45,669 bases of DNA from Veleropilina oligotropha (taxonomy: Eukaryota). The stretch lies in the NCBI GenBank assembly GCA_048128005.1, contig JBEUKZ010000131.1:558001-603669 (forward strand), given 5' to 3'. Below, in pieces: positions 39,230 through 45,669 of this stretch (positions are counted from its first letter, which is position 1; every line of letters begins with the position of its first letter). A program made the translations under genes and the position numbers. The notes below the pieces were generated by a model. That model saw nothing but the letters and a program-made list of their open reading frames with translations. It had not been told where the DNA came from and made no database searches.

Positions 39230-39720
39230 AAGACGCGACTTGCGAGCATCTCTCCCCGTGTGATGTTCCGGTTATGTTATATCGCTCATCAATGCGGCGA
39301 TCAATAACACAGCGGAATGACAGGCCACTGTCAAGAAGATATCTTATCTCAACCAAGCGTAATGGAGTCACATCAACAAGGCTTAAATAACGAGGACGGG
39401 AACAATAAAACACAAATGTTAAATGCCGAACATGAATGTCTCCGATTTGGGGTCAGATAATGTCGCGTTTAATCATTCCATTCTAATCAAGTCATCTCAG
39501 ATGATGTATTGCAAGTGAAGATGGGTACAGCATACGATACACTTGGGCGCCAGCGCTCAACCTATATAAAGCGTCATCTGTTATTTGCTTTGTCTTCAAT
39601 TAACATGGTTATCAAATTGAAGTATTTGTTTTTCAAGCATCTGGTTATGTCACTGCTTCAATATTGCGATTTCTCACATTTATGTTCCTTGCAAGAGATG
39701 TTAAACTTTATGTGGTCGTA
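39230..39720 (-). mobile_element. Possible highly decayed LINE RT remnant
   Basis: Only weak motifs (LNISCKEH, RPSVSYAVPIF). Confidence 0.25.
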
Positions 39721-42700
39721 AATGAAGAGAATACTAGTATATTGAATTTGATGATATTATGATTTCGGTTATCATTTAGTCTGATTTCGAATGCATTTTT
39801 CGTACATTTCGTTAAACCCAATGATTTCTCGCTCACTCTCCTAGGTGGGTGCATTATTGGAATCAACTTAGCAACATCCCAAAATTGTATCATGTTACAA
39901 CCCTAGGCGCAATGATATGCTAATATTCTAAATTATGTTAGTTATCCCGACATCAACAAATTGAGCAGACAATGATATCACAATAGTATTAATATTTGTA
40001 AAGAAGCACAATACCATTTAAATATCTATAACTGTGGGGATATGTCCTAGAAGAATTATCCAAATATCGGGTCGTTATTTCACAGAATATCAATAAAACG
40101 ATACTTGTAACAATCCCATATTTTCATAATGTTATTTATCCAATAAAATCATCAAAATCTATTTTATATTATCCGTATTAATGATGTGTTAATTTTGTTC
40201 TGCTTTTGAGTGCCTAGTAGTTTCGGAAATTGAAGATGCTTTCATCTTTGACAGATAACAGCGGACGCACAAAGTCTCCTCTTGATGACGAGTGGTCGCA
40301 CACATTTAAAATGGAAGGCACTTCTGCTTAATGCAATATTGAAGCAATGCTTTCCTTGGCACATGCTTTATTTGCCAGCAATTTTGGTTTGATGTGAGTA
40401 TATGAATGTGCGCCAAGCGTGTTCGTCGAACAATGTTACACGGTGGCCCTCCGACATTCTGTCATTGATTCACAGACTAATCAATGCTGACCGAACCTTT
40501 GATAGCAGAATATAACATAGAGAGTTCAACTTGGAATTAATTTTAAAAGAAATTACTCAGTAATGGTCGTTTTTCGTTTCTTACAATACAATCTTATTTA
40601 ATTAAATACAAATTCTGTTGCTGCATTTCAATTCCAATTTACAAAATTGACATACAATATTGTGAGGAAAGGACACAATTTGAAGAGTTCTACAGCCATC
40701 AAAGCAGACTAAATGCATTTTACGAATGTTTATAACCCTGTGGTGTAACAAATATTAAATAATGCATTCAGATATCTATCATATAACGGTTCATGGATCT
40801 TCCAACAATTGCTACTTACATTTACGTATGGTATATTTCATATTCCCTAATGTAATAAATATCATATGCTTATATAAACATCAAAACAACATGAGGAGCA
40901 CGTTATTTAAATACATACAACTCTTAAATGAATATATTAAGCATTGTAACATCAAATCATATGCCATTGTCTTAATTAACATAATCGACAGAAAACAATA
41001 TACGCGTTAGATTTGAAAAAGACCGAAAAATTCTAAGCAATAGATTTGCAAGACATGGAAAGCAAACTCGAGGTTTTAGATCGCGCTCTATTGTTTTCAA
41101 AATGGAACGTCAGCACTACAGATTGGGTTTTCATTACAAATATGTTACTTCACCCATCAAACATCGATTATCATAGTTACCGTTGAGAGTGGGGTCTTCT
41201 GTACGCCGTCGACATCAGAAGTCGTACATTCCTACGGTGAACTATGAAGAATATCCAACGGTTACCGGAAGTGAGGGTACAAGTCTACGTCACGATTATG
41301 ATGCAATGCTACATACCATACAAGGAATGTAACCTAACATACAATGGGGCAAGCCGGAAATCCGGTCAGCGTCTAGAAGATGAAAGGAAACGGATACGAC
41401 CATAAGACGGTGCACAAGGAACAAGTAGAATCATGCGCAGTGTTTGTCTGTGCATATGACTGATCATAATTGCGTACAATTAACCAAAATAATTTCAACG
41501 GAAGAATATTTTTTCTTACATTCACACATATTGTATATGATTAATAATAATGGTTGAGAATATGCCGATAAAATGTAACTGATGGCGAGGCTCTGCACAC
41601 GAGGTAAGAAAACCACCAGAGAAAACCGACTAATCTTTCACCACCTGGGATTATAAAATATCCCAACTAATGGAGTCTGCAAGCAAGCCTTGACAAACAT
41701 GTCGTATATTGACAAGCAATATTAGACACATATGATACAGATCGTGTAGAATACGGCAGACGTCAAGCTGACCGCGACACAGCTTACTGTTTAATATTTT
41801 AATCTAACATGACAGGTAAATCCCAAGACAAGCAGGAATCATGCAATTCAGTGCAGCGCTAAGTCACTCGAAACTGGCATTGCCCAATTGGGGTAACACT
41901 TTACAGGCCACATCGGATAGAGATCACATGGTGTTATGCAGAAGTTTGTTTAATATACATATCCTGGAAATTGGAGCATACCTTGACAAAACGTAATGGA
42001 CATTGATATGAACATATCACAATTTAGTCCCTTTGCCGGAATTGTTCCTGGAGTGTTGAATTCACCGATTCATACGAACGCAAACGAAATGGAGCATTGA
42101 TGTACACTTAAGAACAAGACCTGAATAAAACCATGCTGACTAATCGTGGCACAGGCCATGGTAGGGAGATAAGAATCAAACTTTTGGAATTGGTCTTGGG
42201 TATGAGAAACAAGAAGAATTCATAACCATGATCCTGCAGAATACCCTATGAGTAAAAGTGGCTTCAGTTACTAAATCCCGAAGATCGAGCATCACGTAAA
42301 TAATATTAGACAATGGAAAAAAATACTCAGGGGCTGTTCCTTAATGATAAATTATATTGTTCACAGTTTCATATAAAAATGCAGGACACTTGGGTGTGTC
42401 TTCCACTGGAATTCGTCAATCGATAACGTCTGGTCTAATAATACTGATGAAGTCTTCTCTTCGTCTAGATTCAATAACAGCAATTGCTAATAATTAATTA
42501 GTGTCTTGACAATTACACCAGATTGCCTCTTTCTAACGATTGAATTTTGTGAGGGTTTGCGTGTTTACACCTTATCAAACCGTATTTCCAAATGACAGCT
42601 ACTCAACAGAGTTTAGAAAATTAACAACTTTCATGATACAAACCAATCACCTTTAAATTCAATATATTAGAGACACGCAAAGACATATTTTTGGAGTAAC

Positions 42701-43234
42701 TCGAAAAGCAACATACCAACATTGATGCTATCGCAACTTTCCAAATGATAGACATAATTTATTTGCAAGTTTTTAGTTCGAGTCCTTCAGCTATGCCATT
42801 ATTATATTGATTATATTATAAAGCGAATAAAGTTTCTGCCAATGTATTAGGCAAATTTATTTAAAGACAAAAATACCATACAAATATTGTGAGTATAAGG
42901 AATCATGTAAGCATAAGTCATCGAAAGGAAAGCACGTTGTCAGAAGACAAATATTTGGTGACATGTTAATATTATATATTATATGTCGTAAATGTAATGA
43001 GCTCAAAATAGTTTGAATATATTACGCAGTGATTTATATTTTCTTAAATAATTAACTATATACTTTTCAATGTGAACGGGATTTTAGCCATTGAAATGTT
43101 CAGTGACAGTCGAAGTAAATCAAAATGGCCGCCAACTTGGTAACAACGCCTAGTAACCTAGCAGCAAACTCTTTCGAAGACATCAAAATTTAAAAAGTTA
43201 TACGACATTTTTGTCGCGTGGAATTCTCTCTTAC

Positions 43235-43254
43235 CTTGTCATAGTGTGCATCAT
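43235..43254 (-). CDS. inx: Candidate first coding exon of innexin (MMHTMT, with R completed across the intron)
   Basis: AAG ATG ATG CAC ACT ATG ACA AG|GTAAGA: strong donor, phase 2, in-frame upstream TGA, within a GC/CpG-richer region. Confidence 0.5.
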
Positions 43255-44563
43255 CTTGAGGCCGTTTGTGGGCGAGGGTATTCCCTCCCTTATCGTCAAG
43301 AAATGTCAAAAATCGTTCTGGTAGCTAGCTTTTTCCAAGACTTCTCCATCACTGAGGAATTGGTTCGATAGATTCTAACGTAGGCCACTAGCGAAAGACG
43401 GTGGCAATTGGTCGCTGAAAATCCGCGCTCGATATAGCAAATAGCCCGGCATTCCCGGTGGAATGGCGATCGATGGGAGGCTGGCTACAGTTCAAACGCT
43501 GGTCTTCCCATTGTCTCGGTTTTCTCCGGCCTTCTCACGCCTACCTGAATGACGGCTCCTCCTACTCGACCCTCGCGTCGTCTGGTGCCTAGAGGCGACC
43601 ATATGAGCGTTCGTCTAAGGAGAAATCAATAACACACCCGGCACTCCCGTTAGTCGCGGAGTATACCTGGGAAGTTCCATTCAATTAATCTTGATACGAG
43701 AGGTAATCGACAATAAGCTTATAAATATTTCTTTATGATGCTCGCGTACAAAACAAAGACACATTTATATAATAATGAGCTATGCAACCGGGTCAATAAA
43801 CTACAAATCTGATCGCGTCATTTTATTTATAGAGATCTTACTTTTGTTGGTATTTAATCATTTTACATAATCTCTTTACTTCGGGGTTAAATCATTTAAT
43901 GTTCCCCGCTTACACGCCAAGTCGAGAACGTATAAATCTGGACCATTCAATTCCTGCGGTCCCCAGTCACCGTTTGCGTGCTGCAAATAATCGGCGGAAT
44001 TCCCTCGCTCGTCCCTTGCCTTCGCCGCGACCATGATGACTACGATACTATAAGACACACGCTAATATGAAAACTAGAAAAGCTCATTTGTGGCATTTCC
44101 CAGGTGATTGATTTTCGGTGAATTTCAATTATTCAATTATTAATAATTGCGTGATATTCGTATTCCGAGTTTGCAGCTGCTTGCTGTACTTACACGCTAT
44201 ATATAAATAAACTACTTGTCTTTTACTGCCGGCGAATTGACAACTGAATTAAAGTTGACATGGAAATTCTGACGAGCATGATTGGTGCAAAAAAGAATTT
44301 TGTTACATGATTAATAAGAGGTTTCGCCTAATCCGATTGGGCAAAAGTCATGATGTGGCGTCATGTTAACCACCCACGAGGTAAAATAAAATAATCTAGG
44401 CGAACAAAAATGAATTCACCTGCTCAATTTCTCATAAACCACGGTCAATATAAACAGTGCGCACTATATTAAAGTCAATAATTCTTTTGTCGTGTATCAG
44501 ACCTTTTGATTGTCTGTCGACATCTTAACAATTGCCCATATACCCCTGAACACTGTAATCTAA

Positions 44564-45026
<463 letters not shown>

Positions 45027-45669
45027 GACCGACGTCATTTAATTTCATCGCCTGTGAATCTTACATTCTCATTGGCTTAAGTCACACGTCATTGAACTCC
45101 CCTAGTTAATCACTTTTGCTTGTTATAACGTTAAAAAAGTAACTGTAACTAGGAATAACTATAGTGAATGATATTCTCAGGCAATGTATTTATTTATACA
45201 ATGAAAAGCAAAGTAAATTCGTTTAGTAGTCACAGTACGTCGTATACATACATCGGAAGCAACGGCGTGCGGTACACAAAATATCGTGACGACCGCAACG
45301 TCACTCTGCAACAAATATTGTCTGAACTACCACTGGCGTCATGCATAATTTGAACACATGGAAACTCCTTGTGATCTAACTGATCTACATTTGGCAGTTA
45401 CATGTCTGAGTGTCTATACATTTAATTTTCACATAACCCAGCTAAAATATTGTTTAAAGCATGATTAAACAAATTTAACATGCACGGATTTAACAAAAAT
45501 AATAACCAATACGCTATGATATTTATACTATACGAATATCGTTCTATGTCATTATATCTATCAACATATAAGATACATGCTCGGTACTATATGCGAGATT
45601 AATGAACACAAATTCGAGTTAATTATGTAAATGGATTTTATCAGATCTTTTTTCATCCATTTAAATTAA

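Larger units (their letters stand above)
19675..43234 (-). other. Putative first intron of innexin (about 23.6 kb)
   Basis: Clear acceptor ending at 19675 and a phase-compatible donor at 43234. No other host gene is seen in between. Confidence 0.5.

Noticed and set aside
41200..42300. Possible decayed coding or transposon sequence
   Set aside because: No motif could be recovered.

Overview
AT-rich eukaryotic DNA, most likely from a lophotrochozoan invertebrate (inferred from the innexin and the repeat types). The only supportable host gene is a minus-strand innexin. Nearly all of its CDS lies in one exon (19674-18471) behind a phase-2 splice acceptor. The best first-exon candidate (MMHTMT, AG|GTAAGA) is at 43254-43235, implying an intron of about 23.6 kb. 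The rest is repeats: a decayed CR1/L2-group LINE ORF2, L2 and I/Nimb LINE fragments, several copies of one tRNA-derived SINE family, three Helentron-associated (HINE) elements, MITEs, (TA)n tracts and minisatellites. The most unusual observation is a pair of unrelated palindromic elements whose arms both carry CGAG/CGAG mismatches (tandem sheared G.A pairs) and stable mini-loops, pointing to selection on a strand-specific ssDNA hairpin. No prokaryote-type system (CRISPR, operon) is present. All alignments were made by eye, so boundaries of old repeats are approximate.
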